Assembly: GCA_973895155.1 (NCBI GenBank)
Contig: OZ316895.1
Span: 6,746,184 to 6,810,183, forward strand
Length of the DNA: 64,000 nt
Direction: 5' to 3'
Source of the DNA: Marsupella aquatica
Taxonomy: Eukaryota > Plantae > Marchantiophyta
Under the pieces are notes generated by a model. It did no database searches and was not told the DNA's origin. It saw nothing but the letters and a program-made list of their open reading frames with translations. Position numbers and translations under genes: made by a program. Shown here piece after piece: positions 13,253 through 26,437 of this stretch (the first letter of the stretch is position 1; the number at the start of each line of letters is the position of its first letter).

Positions 13253-13466
13253 CAATGTGTTATGGTCCATGGGGATGGGCAAAGAAAACCCCAGCTTGCT
13301 TAGCTTTCATGATACACCTATACCTACATGCTATGTCTTCCTATTGAAGTGATTTTGATTTTTATTCTTGTTTATTTTATTTTCCTATTTTTTAATAGTA
13401 TCCCTCAAACAGTATTAAAATAGGAAAACCGGTAGAGACTTCCCTCACGCGTACCCACCCCTGTAT

Positions 13467-13814
13467 TGTTAGATATTACTCTAGTCTTTTGACTCATAAG
13501 CTAACTACACTTAGGCTAACTTGGGTTAGGACTTAGCTATTGTTAGCGGTAGTGCTGTTGTGTATATAGCCAGGGCTGATGCCAGACCCTGGTGGAACTT
13601 AGGCTCATTGTTACGAAGCTAGACAGTTGAGAGATAGGGAGAGCTTGTGCTGTGGATGCTTGGTATGGCCGGTCGGCCTAGAGTGCAGTAAAGCTCTTGT
13701 GTGTTCCCGTGGACGTAGCCTCATGTGGAGGTGAACCACGTATCTCTCTGTGTCGACTATTGTGCGTTGGATGGTTCATGGGCTTGCCGTTACGAATGTC
13801 GTCTATGCTCAACA
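13467..13814 (+). mobile_element. Solo LTR, Copia-like (348 bp)
   Basis: Termini TGTT...AACA; flanks TGTAT/TGTAC (4/5 TSD); TATA at ~13563; internal TCCCGTGGACGTAG...GTGAACCACGTA motif typical of plant Copia LTRs. Confidence 0.7.
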
Positions 13815-15169
13815 TGTACAAGAAAGGTACAGGGTACGTTCATTGGCTCCTAAGTCAAAATTCATAAAAGGTATACATTAAAGATATTGTGCACACCTTG
13901 GCATGCAACATGTTTGGCCCAGGGGGTGTCAGAGGGAGTGATGGTACTCTCTGCCCCTGGCCCATATAATGGAACCTAGCCCTTAACCAGCGAGAAAATT
14001 GAGCTTCCTTTATTTGAGAATCATTTCCAAATATCTCTCAACTAACGATGGTCAAAGGTTGCCTGGGCACCTCGCCCTAAGATTGAGTATTCTACTTCAT
14101 GGCCATCAACCGATCAACGAGACTAAATGATTTACAAGAAAGCATGGCAATCATGACCTGCAAACCAAATATCTTCAACCCTATTGTTATTCCAATTTAA
14201 AGGGTAGGCCGCTCTGGCAAGCAACCGGCTTTGCAATAAGTGGGGAAGAAATCCTTGCAGTTTACAATCTTTTCTCCCACATAAAAAGTTAAATTGAATT
14301 GGAGAACTTATATTTGTGAGATAACTTTAAAGCGTTCCACTTTTTCACTCCGACTAGGAGAAGTAGTCCCACTTTCGCACGACTGTGGGCATCTCTTTCA
14401 CCAAGTAAAGACTTTGCAAGTTTTGGTTTAATTTGCATTTTTCAAAGCATTTTATTCTTAGACAATACATGTCTTGCTTTGAGTACACTGGGCGAATCCC
14501 TCACCAAGCTAGGCATATGTAACTCAAATACAAAAGTTGTACCACATGATTGAAACAAAATGGCCTTAAATATTGTTTAAATAATTTATTTTTCTCTTTA
14601 GCACTAGGGTTTTTACAAGCTAAATTTCCAAGAACAAGCCTTGCGGGCCATAAAGTCCCCTAAAACTGAGGCTAAACTGGGACATCCTCAAATGCACTCT
14701 ATACTTAGACATTTCCCAGTTTAGAAGATATATCTCAGATTGATTCCACTGTCACAATTTTTGTCTGACTTGACTAGAATGTCATGCTTCTAAATATTTA
14801 TAAGTACGGTAGTATGGTACTTTTTCAACCTAGATCAACTACTTTGAATGCATGTGTTTTGAGTTTTGAGTTGAAAAGACCTTATAGGAAGTGGGAAAAA
14901 GGGCTATTGAGGGGAGATTGAACTAAATTTCTTACTTATTCTCTCTGAAGTATTTCTTCCAACTTACATTGACACAATTGATCTTAAATTTTTTTTGCAA
15001 TACTCATATTGACCAAGGACACAATGGCCCCGAACATAAATTGGCAATGAATTAGTTCGCAATAATAAAATGAATGGAATGACAATTGTGCAGCGCATTG
15101 GCAATGGGTTCATATATATATCAAACATTATAAAATGCTATCCTGCCTAAATTAAAGCTTATGTGCAAT

Positions 15170-15547
15170 CAACTTGACATCTTTTCTCGTTTCAATGTCT
15201 ATTTATCTCTTCGACATCTTTTAACCATCTCAACATCTTTTAATCATTTCAACATCTTTTATCACCTTGATATGTATTAATCATCTCTATCTTTTTTTTA
15301 CCTTGACATCTCTTTTTCTCCTTGACATATCTTTTTCTCCTTGACATCCCTTTTCTCCTCCACATCTTTCTGTCCTCAATATCTTTTCTCATCTCAACAT
15401 CTTTTTATCATCTTAACATTTGTTATCATTTCGACATCTTTTTTTATCTCAACATCTTTCGTGCATCTTTCCTCTATATCTTTATATCACCTTAACATCT
15501 TTTATCATCTGGACATGTTTGGTGTAAATGCTGGGACATCGAGCTAA
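15170..15547 (+). mobile_element. Degenerate Helitron-like end with (G/A)ACATCTTT minisatellite; same family as 4527-5830, opposite orientation
   Basis: The ACATCTTT array is the reverse complement of the AAAGATGT unit. It ends in GTGTAAATGCTGGGACATCGAGCTAAT, a decayed match to GTGTAACGCACGGGTATTGAGCTAGT. Confidence 0.55.
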
Positions 15548-18500
15548 TAATTAATAATATATTATCACATTTTGATATACAATTAACAAGACCACCTACC
15601 AAAATCTTCCACTAATGCTATTACCAATTGAGGTGCGAATGTCATAACGCATGAGTGTGGCTTGCTAGTTACGTCATTATTTGGATCATGTTGGAATCTT
15701 CGTTCAATTCCGGTTTATCTCTAGTTCATCATGATTCCGTGTTCTTCGTTCGCCTTCTACGACGAAAACCAGTCGGCGTCATTCTCTAGACATCTGTACC
15801 ACATGGCCTAAGTAAACATGGTAGACTCATGAAGCAGACGCCCTAAACTGGCAGAACCTTCTCGGATGCTGATCATTGCTGGGTCCCAGTTTGAACTTTG
15901 AGTTCTCAACAGTGGCTCTGTCACTTTTTCATAGACACTAGACTCGAAAACTACAGAAACTAAGATTGATTGGAATTAGATAGCACTGGCAGTGAATTGA
16001 CCATTGCAATTCACTGCGAAGAGAAATGGTTTGAGGATAATCAAACCTATCTACGCACATTCTGGACATTTCCCCGGCATGATCATAGTTTAGATTACCT
16101 TATCCTAATTACCATATATACACATGAAACGGAATTCAATATCTTTTCCTATATGTGATTCGCAGTCTCTCCACATATACCACTTTAGCTATTGTCGGAA
16201 ACGGAACTCAAAGAGTGTTTCTTCCCTCTTTATAAACAGTATGTAATTACTCCTCGACTCGAACTTTCTCTTCCTTTCGATTATTTACGAACTGAGTACT
16301 TGAACTTGTGTACTAGACAACTATGTTTCATGTACACGTTTCGAGGGAAATTTATTTGTGGAGGATGCATACCAGCTGATTGGAGCGAAGACATGTCATC
16401 AAGCAAGAATTTATGAATAAGCTAATGCACAATAGAAATCTTAGATGGTGCTGGATCGACAACCATCACTCCCGGAACTTCAGATCGCACATGTTTCAAT
16501 CGCATAGCATCCAAAGTGATATATTTGAGTCGATCAATGCGATGATACATTTGGGCTCTGACTGTGAGAATTGGATGCAAAGTCTCAAGAAGCTGCAATA
16601 TATTGTAAGGTTTGAAGGTAGGCCTGTCTCAATGGAATCCTTGATTGAATGTGAACGTTATACGTACTATATACAGAACCACCAGAAAGATAATTAACGA
16701 AACAAAATCAAACAAACCATACAATGTATAAATGGAATTAACAAACGACAAAAGAATAACACTTGTGGTCTGGACAGGTTAGCTCCCTTGGCTGCTGAAT
16801 TGTGATCCAGACGAAGGTCTGTGAGATTTGACGTCCCATGAGGATTAATGGCTCGTAGTGCCGTGTAAAATACATGGGCAGATGAATGAAGCAAAGGAGA
16901 GAGGAGCTGCGGACAACATATATCCACACCGAGATGTCGGAGGTGATTGGGCAGAGTCTAAGGGGTCTTTGCAAAACAACTACATAAAATTTTCCACAGG
17001 AAATATCTTCCAAATGGGAATGAGAGACTACTTGACTTCGAGAGCATGGACACGACGAACCACAATATCTTGGCATTGTCTAGTATAGTATAAAATCTGC
17101 TAATGGCTACTACTCAACTACTTTCTGACTTCGAATTATTCGGTTTCCAATGACAGAAAAATGTACTACCTGAATTACGGAGGTGGGGAACCAACACCCA
17201 CATCACCATGTATATAAGCAACCAGGAATTTAACAGAGCCAACAGCACAATGATAGTGAAGGAGATCCTGTTGGAAAATCTGCAGAAAAATGAAGGCAGT
17301 CCGACTTTTGAAGATGGGAGTGCAAATCTTCCTGGGTTTGGAAGTCTATTTGGGAACATACCTCTCATTTAAGGCAAAAGTTGTGGCTTATGGAGTCACA
17401 TAACTCTTTCTGCCACATAAATGGTGGTAGCTGTTATCCTGGGCGGGTGTAGAATCAGGCTCGCGTCTGAGAGAAAGAAGCTTCACAAACTAAATTTAGC
17501 TCTAGAAAAGGCTGTAGAACGTAAGTCAGGCCATGAATTAAGGTAATTGTGAGAGAATGTAGGTATTGTATGTCCCCCCAAGGAAAAAGAGAAGACAATT
17601 TGCATCTTCTGCAATGTTCCTCCTGAACCGGCTCCTAAGTGTAGGCGACCATGATCTTCCTCAGAAGACAAGGCCGCGTGCTAAAAAATGACACTGGGTG
17701 TCCTGGGAAAAAAATGTTTTCCCCGTTGTTTTCTCTCAAATAAAGGACCCTGTGTAAAAGACGCTTCAGGCATTGTGTTTGAATACAATTGGTTTGTTGT
17801 CACTATTCCGACATGCCATCTTTGCCTTCAATCAAATTAGACAAACCAGGTCTTGACTCAATCACATAGGTGTCCTATTGCAGACACAAGGCCCTACTTC
17901 ATCCCTGCCATAACTTGTACTAATCCAAAACTTCCCCAGAGTCACTATTCAAATACAAGGGCTGGGCCTTATACTGGAAGGAAGATGGCAGGTACCATAC
18001 TTTGGGGCCTGTGAAGACTTTTCACATGCAAGAGATCTTGTAAGAGGTGAGCCTCAACTGTCTAGCATTCAAACAAATTAAAGGCTAAGTGACCACCCCT
18101 ATATTTCAACAAAGTCAATACCTACATCAAGATTAAAAAAAGCAATTATAACATGTTCCTCTTCCTTCCGCTTTCCTGCCTTTCTTTCCTTCCTTGCTTC
18201 GTTGGTAGTCTTTCTGTACCAAGGAATGCTGTGCTGAAACGAAGCAAGGAAAGAAGTCTAAAAAACCAGACTTAGAACACACGATACACAAGCACAAGCA
18301 AACAAAGCCAGGGACCCACTTCAGTCTAGTTAGGATTGGTAAGAATTTGCACAACAAGTGGCCTTCTCTCAGTTTGTAAAGTGAATTTGGGCCAACGACC
18401 ATAAGTCTATCAATGGTGGAGATTGAGAGAATCAATGGAAAAATGTCAACTACTGCCTCTGCCCATTTAGTAATGCCCATTCGGATATTTTACCTACCTG

Positions 18501-19903
18501 ATCCAAACGTACATCTAGGCAGGACAGAATGAGAAGAGACATAAGAAATCATTTTGGGTCTAAACATTGGCTAGAAGGAGACTCACCTCTAGAGTCCATA
18601 CTGGAAGTGACCCTCTCAATTTCATGCAAAGCCATAGAGAATAGGTCAATTGTATACAGTAATGTCATGTTTACAGTGCACTGTAGGATACAATTCCCGA
18701 AACATGAGAGCTTAGGCTCAAGTTTGGAGGGGCCATTATTTGCCCATTATGATCTGAAAATAGTAACTTAATATTTTGTAAAGACAAAGGATGCACTGAA
18801 AATTTTCGAAGGGAATTAAGATATTATAATATTGTGATAAAATCTTGAAGCAAACTTTTAGAAATGACCTTCAATTGTTTTCCTGTCAATCGTTCTTGTA
18901 AAAGCCCCTCTCATGTCATGAGGGATTTGCCTTCCCTTCTAAGTGCTAAACACTGTCCCATGGAGTATTGGTTACTCTTCAGCTCCTCGCTTGTCCACTG
19001 ACTACCATGGTTCTGGCTAATGGGGTACATGATTTGGTTGGAAAGTTACAAATGTGATACATAGAATCTTAGAAGGAGTTTTCGCCAAAGGAGGCCAACA
19101 CTTTTTGGGAAGGTGAAATTTGACGAAAACTGGCACCTAAAAAATACACTGGTATAGTCCCCCTCGTGGCTACCGTATGGAATAGCATGCTCCTGAGCAT
19201 AAACTACTTTAGGCGTTCAAGACAAATAAATAGAGGCCGTCCCACGAGATACAACTGCAGACGCGGCTCATGGCATGGGTGCCACTGCAAGCAAGTGTTT
19301 GGACGCCAACACAATCATAGGTATGATTGCTTTCGTTATCAGCAAACGTGGAAAGCCATCGTGAAAAGCATTGAAGTTTCTGCAGTTGCTTTTCTCCTTT
19401 CTGAAAGGCACACTTTTGGGCTTCTCTTTTGTCTCCACTGGAGCAGCAATAGGGAACGGACTCTAGTGTACAGTGAACTCTCGCTAAGTGCACGCTGGGA
19501 AGAAGGATCTGGCATGCACTAAACCAGGTGTTGCATGTCTTGATAAGCACACATCCCATAACAAGTGCTCTCCTGATAAGTGTGCTTCATTTAAATTCCT
19601 TTGTTAAATGTGCATGCAATATGGACCCCTCTGTCAGTCACTAGTCACAGGTACCTCATATCCCTGCCCTAATTCTGTGCCCACACTCCTTAAGTGCATT
19701 TTATACTCTACTAAAAATGGGCATGCATTTATTGGTAAATGAGATTTTGAGAGTTCATGAGTTTATATATAAGCACACTCAAACACTTATCAAGGGTAAG
19801 CACAAGTTGTAGTTTGATGAAATGATTTTAGCCGTGTGTGCACTTAGAAAAACCGTTTAAAAAGCTCATATCCCATCTAAAAAACATGGGAGAAACAAGA
19901 TGA

Positions 19904-20439
19904 GGGTGGCTTTACAAGACGTCGGGGGCAGTTCCTTCACTTTTCTGACATCCAAGATCCAATCTGGGCCATCCATTGGGGAGATAGTGCTGGAGTTCAC
20001 TTTAGAAAACGTCGGGGGCAGTTTTGCTCATTGATTCTGCCGATCCTACATGGACTTCAGTGGGGCCCAACTTTTGCTGACATGGAGCTCTTTTTTGTCC
20101 AGAATTTTAGACCACCTCCGTTGGAGGTCCCTTCATCCGGCCGCTTGGTCCATTCCTATTATGGGCAGTTTTCAATAAATGCGGACCCACAGGAACCAAC
20201 ATTAGCCAAAGATTAGCCAGCATTAGCCAAAGATTCACGTGGAGTGGGTCCCAAGTTTGTCTTCTAGTCAATGATTCTAGCTACACTGGCCAGAGTTCCC
20301 TTTACAAGACGTGGGGGCAATAAAAGTCTTCTAAATTCTCTATTAGCCCCGGTATACTGTTTTTAGCATGTGAAACTGCTGCTGGCTCAACTTTGGTAGA
20401 AAAGGAAGCGAACGGCCCCGACGTCTTGTAAAGTGCCCC
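19904..20439. mobile_element. Tourist-like (PIF/Harbinger) MITE, 536 bp
   Basis: TIRs GGGTGGCTTTACAAGACGTCGGGG / CCCCGACGTCTTGTAAAGTGCCCC, with TGA on both flanks (3-bp TSD). Extra TIR-like copies lie at ~20001 and ~20301. Confidence 0.75.
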
Positions 20440-21202
20440 TGACATGCAGAAATCAAGGGTAAGGCACTTATGGAGTGTGCGCTTAGAGAGAGAGTTCACT
20501 GTAGATGACACGTCGTTGTGATAAATGTGGTCTCGAGAGGGGACCCGTGTCTCCACCAGCCGCTTCGTTCCACCCGCTCACCCAATCAGACCCACAGTCG
20601 AGTTGTGGAGTGATTCTCGTGAGTGTGCGGCTTGTCACGCGTGGAACACTCAGCTTGGCTTATCCACAATGGGTCTGGAATCATGGGGGCGACATCCCGT
20701 CCTACCCAGTAAACCCAGTGGATCTCCCTGTCAGAATGCAGTACCGTCCAAGGCCCCAAGAAAAACAATTTACTTTTTGCTTCCGTTTGTCCTGACGAGT
20801 TTCTATAAAGTCCTCGAGCTGCTGCTTGCATGGGCCACGCAATCCGGCACTGTCTTCATCAGATCCTCCGCAGATCGATCCAGTGCCGACGTCCCCGCTG
20901 AGCTTGCCCTGTCTCGGTAGGTGACTGAGAGTTGAGGTTAGTGTAAATCGAGTAGACTGGCTTTGAAGGTTTTGCAAGTTTATCCATTCGAGCTGAAGAA
21001 AAGAGTGCCCATCCTCGCAAGGCGAAGGAGTGCGCATCTGTCCAGTGGGAAGCTCGTCAAGTCCCGGAGAAGCAATTTCAGCTCTTTATAGATGTGAAAA
21101 TTCGTGTCGGGAGTTGGAGTGGGGCTTTGATTGTGGGAACTTGATTGCGGGGATTTGATTGTCAGATAGATAGATTGTCGTTCTTCCACGATCACTGGCA
21201 AC

Positions 21203-21427
21203 ATGGCCAATTGCAACAGCAATGGTAACAGCTCCTCCGTCACTACGATGCAGCTTCAAGAGCCCTTTTCCATCTCGTTTCAGGCCTCACGGCGGGAGCC
21301 GGAAGGTATCATGTCGTTCAGCTGCAAGAAGAGAGTCTCGTGGGTCCCGGGCACAGTAGACAACGAGCCTCTGCAAAAGAAAACCTTCGAGAAGGAGTTC
21401 TTCTTCTCGCAAGACATCTGGGGCTGA
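21203..21427 (+). CDS. Small protein phosphatase 1 inhibitor-3 (Ypi1/PPP1R11/INH3)-like protein, divergent or truncated, 74 aa
   Basis: KKRVSWVPGTVDNEPLQKK matches the Inh3 signature (K/R)VxW...TVDNE...KK. Upstream are TATAAA 20804-20809, a likely 5'UTR exon with CG|GTAGGT donor (20917) and a TGTCAG acceptor (21165). The ATG is in ACATGG context. Confidence 0.65.
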   Translation: MANCNSNGNSSSVTTMQLQEPFSISFQASRREPEGIMSFSCKKRVSWVPGTVDNEPLQKKTFEKEFFFSQDIWG

Positions 21428-23324
21428 CGGTTTTGATTGCTTGCAACGAAGGACACTGCATTGTCATTACAGGGAGCCTGGCATTGATGGATTCAAGCTT
21501 ACAGCACAACATGCTGTTGGAGAAAGAGTTTGATTTAGCCCCCGAAGCCTTCCACACTGACGATTTTGGTACGGCAAGCATGAACTCCGATTGAGTGGCG
21601 GATGTTCTCTCGGTGTTATTATGTACATCTATGCAATACTCGGCTGCTTCATCTGTGAGTTCGGGAAGTTGCCCGTCGGAGAGCTCTACGCTAAGAAGCC
21701 TGTACAGAATCGCAGTGGAATTGATTTCAACCTTGCATGAGCCGTTCCAGATGATTCGACAGGCTGGTTCTGTTCAATATCCAGTTTGTGACAGCTCCAA
21801 GAGAACTATGCCTGGTCGAACCTGTAAGATATTAACTGTATCTTGCGATTCCAGTTGCGAGATAGTTGATGGTGAAGAATATCGTTCGCGGGTAGTTGCT
21901 GGACTTGCTTACCCAGCATATCACATGTTTTTGATATCACATCATCACTCATCACATGAGCTTGAAAGGATCACTAGCCACACGGAGTTCACAGCAGCAA
22001 CAGTCAAAAGTGATTTTGATTACTCTTGTAAATATTTTAGAATTTTGTTGTAAATTGATAGTAAACTGTACATCAACGTTCCTTACAGTGGACCTTCGTC
22101 CGTGTACATTTAAAAACACTCTATGGATTAAAGAGTTTTGAGGACGTCTTTCAACACGAGCATTAATCGATTGCATCCAACTTGTAGACAGAGCGGCAAG
22201 TGTCAATTTGAAACAGCGTTCGTGAATTGTCATGATTGTGATATTGTCGAGTCAGAGTTTCGACAGCACACTGAGTCAAAGTTAATTCAAGGATTGCCAC
22301 CAGTGATTGATCGAATTTGCAACTGCCACTGTCAGAATTTTTATTTCAATGATCAGGAACTACTTCAACCCTATATGAATTGACAGATTGACACTTCGGG
22401 GTTGCCAGTTTCTTGACGCAAATTTGTAGATGACCAACCTTCTATAAAGATTTGGAGGTGTGGGGCAAGATCAGAGACGAATGTTAACAACACAATCTTG
22501 ACATTCAAAGTGCTGTGATACTCATTGGTCACGAGCAGTTGGCTTATGACCTCTAAAATAGGTGCCAGCAATTTATTTGACAGGTGAACATCCTCAATAA
22601 CAGACTGTAAGTGATTGGTCGATTGAGATTGGCATCTACAACTCAAGTACGGTCGCAAATTGCACTCAACATTCGAGCTACGGCATTCAAATTCTAAATT
22701 GGGAAGGACTCTGGAAAAAACGTTTTCCCGGAACTCGAGGACTAATCCTACTTTGATTCACAATACTCGGACTTCCCATCAGTAAAGTTGAGTTATGTAA
22801 CTTCGAATTGTATATGCATGAATTTGTCTAAATAAGTTCTTCTGACCCTGAACTGATCGATGTTGCGGCAAGACGTCGAGATATATTGAACCAGACTAAG
22901 CTGTTATTGGCATGATTGCTACAGAAATAGAACAAGATGTAGGAGAATGCGAGTCGACGGTGATGCCTGTAACCTTCCAAAATGTGGACGAGGCATGCTC
23001 ACTTCCACATTTCCATGCTTAATACTGTCCTGTTGGCCACCCTCACATACACAGCCGGGACGAAGCAGATCCATCATGTACGAAAGTTCAGTTATTCAGT
23101 CGGTGGGCATTCAAATGCGCAAAGGCCCGAAATCCTGCTTCTATATACGCTGAACATGAGTCCATCTAAGGCGAAACTTCAAATCTTCACTCAGTTGAAA
23201 GATACGCAACTGCCTAAAGCTCTGCTTTGAATTGTGGGTCTGTAAGTGTACTCAATGGGATCCTACCGTTGTTTACAGCCCCAAACCTTCGTTTGCTTAA
23301 CTCAAAGCTTGTGTGGAAACCAAC

Positions 23325-23628
23325 TGGCACTGTTGGTTGGCTAGGGGATGAGCCTAGAACCAAGAGGTCCCAGGTTCAATCCTCCTTCCACATGCAAGGG
23401 TTCTGGAGGGTGAGTGTGTGTGTGGGTGGGGTGTAGTGGGGGAGTCCTGGTTTCTCTTCAGCCAGGGGCTGGTCCGCGGTCAGCTTTGAGACTCTGGTCC
23501 AACCCTCTCTCCTTCCTGGTACTGGGTATGACCCCCCTTGTGGGCTACCCTACAGAGGTGCATGCTCCGAAGTTGATCGTCTATCCTCTGTTGAATGCAT
23601 CAGCTTTCGGTATTCAAGGCAAAAAAAA
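23325..23628 (+). mobile_element. tRNA-derived SINE, copy 1
   Basis: B-box-like GGTTCAATCC at 23373-23382, body shared with copy 2, A8 tail at 23621-23628. Confidence 0.6.
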
Positions 23629-23733
23629 TGAAGCTTGTGTGGACGACGCTAACTTCTGCGAAGGGTTCTATGGAGAGACCCGTACACACCTTGTTTGCTC
23701 AGTCCAAAAGTTTATTTAGAGAACCAACTCTAT

Positions 23734-24228
23734 TTGGTCAGTTGACCAGGGATTGGCCTAGAGGTCCCACATTGAATCCCCCCTCCTAGCCCCCCTACAC
23801 ATGCAAGGGGTGTGAAGGGTATCTGTGTGTAAATTAAGGGGTGGGGTGTAGTGGTGGGAGCATTGGTTTCTCCTCAGTGGGGTGTAGTGCAGGAACATAG
23901 GTATCTCCTCAGCCCTTGGCTAGTCAGCATTGGGGCTCTGGTTCAACCCTCTCGCCCTCCTGGTCTGGTCCAGGTTGGATCTCCAAATATGGCCCCTTGC
24001 AAGTGGCTACCTACTGAGGTGCATTTTACAGGAGTAGATCCTCTATCCTCTGTTGGAAGCTTTGCCGCTCTGGTCCAACCCTCTGTCCCTCCTGGTCTGG
24101 GTCCCAGTCAGATCCCTGGGTATGATCCCTGGGTATGACCCTTTGCAAGTGGCTACCCTACTGAGATGCATGTTCAGGAGTAGATCCTCTATCCTTTGTT
24201 GGATGTTTTAGGTTTCAAGGCCCAAAAA
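23734..24228 (+). mobile_element. SINE copy 2 with internal duplications
   Basis: Collinear with copy 1 (AGAGGTCCCA, CACATGCAAGGG, GGGTGGGGTGTAGTG, CTCTGGTCCAACCCTCT, CTATCCT.TGTTG, TTCAAGGC..AAAAA). The 3' block is repeated. Confidence 0.55.
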
Positions 24229-26437
24229 TATGCTTATTCTGAAGAAACTCACATTTGATATTGCTATGCCTGAATTCTACAAACAGACTCTACAATTTCC
24301 CCATTCTTTGAACGCCACCTGGTGAGCCTCGTAAGCCTTCTCCGTCATCCAATGTTTTACAATGCACAAGTCTAGAGACAGTACTAGTTTCCCCACTTTG
24401 TTAGCTTCCTGTACTGAATCATGTTGGTGAATGCATGAAAACCCGTGGAATGGAAGTTTGTCCTCTCCCAGTTGCTAAAGAAATACTTTCTGAGTTATTA
24501 TTTTTACTTGTGTTGATATATCATGTTGGTGGATGCAAAAAGTCCAGAATGGGAATCCCCTCTTTCTATTTGGTACTGTCGCGGCCGGGTGCTCGAGAAA
24601 TACTTTCCCATTTTTCATCCTTAGGTTTCGTGATACAGAGTTTTTCCATACGCAGTTCAATTGCAAGGCGCAAGGCCGAGACCCCTCACGCATACTCTTA
24701 CAGAGCGTCGGGCCTCAAGACCTTCCCTTTTTCTTCCCTTTGTGTATTAAAAGACTTACAAGTAAGCATTTGTCACTAAACCTTCCACCACCACCACCGC
24801 CCCCCCCCCCCCCCCGCCCCCCTAACGATCTTGTGACAAATTATTCCATAGACGTTTCCAGTGTGTGACCTCACGGCTTTGATTCCTCCTTTCTCCCCTA
24901 TCTTGAGAACCCAATAAACAAACAGTAGCCACTAACAACCGACGCCCTCCTACAATCTCGTGGGAATCCGCACTTCCGTACTCTGAGAGCGTAAGTTCTG
25001 ACACCGGATCCAACAGAAGCATAACCAAGGGAAGAAGGATACCAATCCACATATCCTGGAAAAAGGAAGTCTCCAAATGCTTATCATTTCACTCAGCAGA
25101 ATGGCTACGGCCTCCGTACACCTAAGAGATCCGCGCTCTGGAATGACGGTCAATATGATTGTATTGAATTGGATGTCAGTTTTTCCAATTCACTACGATA
25201 CATTAGACTTTTCGCTGAATGTACAACATATTTGTTTCTTTCCACATTCTACCAGCATCCATCAAATGCTCTTCTGACGCTGTATATGCTTTCAGTCGAC
25301 TAATCACGTGAGGCACTTTCGAATGGTTTGCTTGGAGTGATCATAAATGTACATGTAATTTACCGGTTTTTTCACTGCAATCTTCGTGTCATTTTTCTGG
25401 AAAGCACACATGTGGCAAAAGTGGACTGCTATAGTTCCCTTGTATTCATATAAGAATTCTTTTGTGCTAGAGAGAGATGTCTTCGAACAGATTTTGTTTC
25501 TTTTTCTTCTACACGCGAAGACAACCGTCCCAAGTTCACTGCCAGAAAACCAGGAAAGGGACGTTCACTGGAATGTCGGTTATCTACAACGGTAACCGTG
25601 TGACCTGAGAACTTCCTCAACTGGTTTTTTGGCACGAAAGGGACTCAAAACTTTATTGAGTAACATCAACGTTCTAGACTTTTGGCCAAGCTTCACCTAC
25701 GAAAGCAAGGCAGATGCTAAGCTAAAATTCAGAGTGACCATTCATTTTGAAAGGATTTTGAAAGGTAGTAATCATTTGTCAAGGAAATTTTTCAGAGTAT
25801 GCATGGGACACTCCGCACATAGAAAGACTCTACCGTTGGCCGCTGACAATGTTACTTTTGCCGTCCTCTTGAGTGGGAGCCTACACACAAAACATCTGGG
25901 TGGCTTCCGGTAACCGCTGCACGAAGGAAGGAATCGAACAGTTCCCTACCGTTCGTTAGAAGTCGAGAAACTGCCCAACCCCACTTCGAGATATACAATT
26001 GTCAAGAGGAATGTCAACAGGAGGATGACCGCGAAATTTCTTAAAGGCGGCGAAATCTATTACAATTTGAGCTACTGCACCCCAGTCTTGGACGTTCTGC
26101 GGGAGTCACCAGTAATGACTTCTTCAAGTTTTGCAGCATAGAACACCCCTAACTTGAAATCTAGCCCTCACCCACGCGCGGAGTGCTGCAATTCACTTCC
26201 TAAAGAAGTGAGAATAACTTCAATAATCCTTTTGCTAATAAGAAGTAATACATTGACCTAACTTTGTTTTATTTCTTCAGCTCATCTCTCATGGGGAGCG
26301 ACTATAAGACTGGCGAATGTTTATTTCTATTTCCAGCCCATCCTAAACTGAAATTGTGAAATCATGTAAAGAATTTGAATGTCTGATGTTTGGTAGCTTT
26401 CTAGAAATGCCACACAGATGAATGAAATCCGTAACCA

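Noticed and set aside
23325-23390. tRNA gene
   Set aside because: Only a B-box-like motif without a cloverleaf; it continues into a SINE-like body and A tail.
24783-24822. Poly-proline ORF (24533-24868)
   Set aside because: Arises from a (CCA)n/poly-C tract; no other coding evidence.
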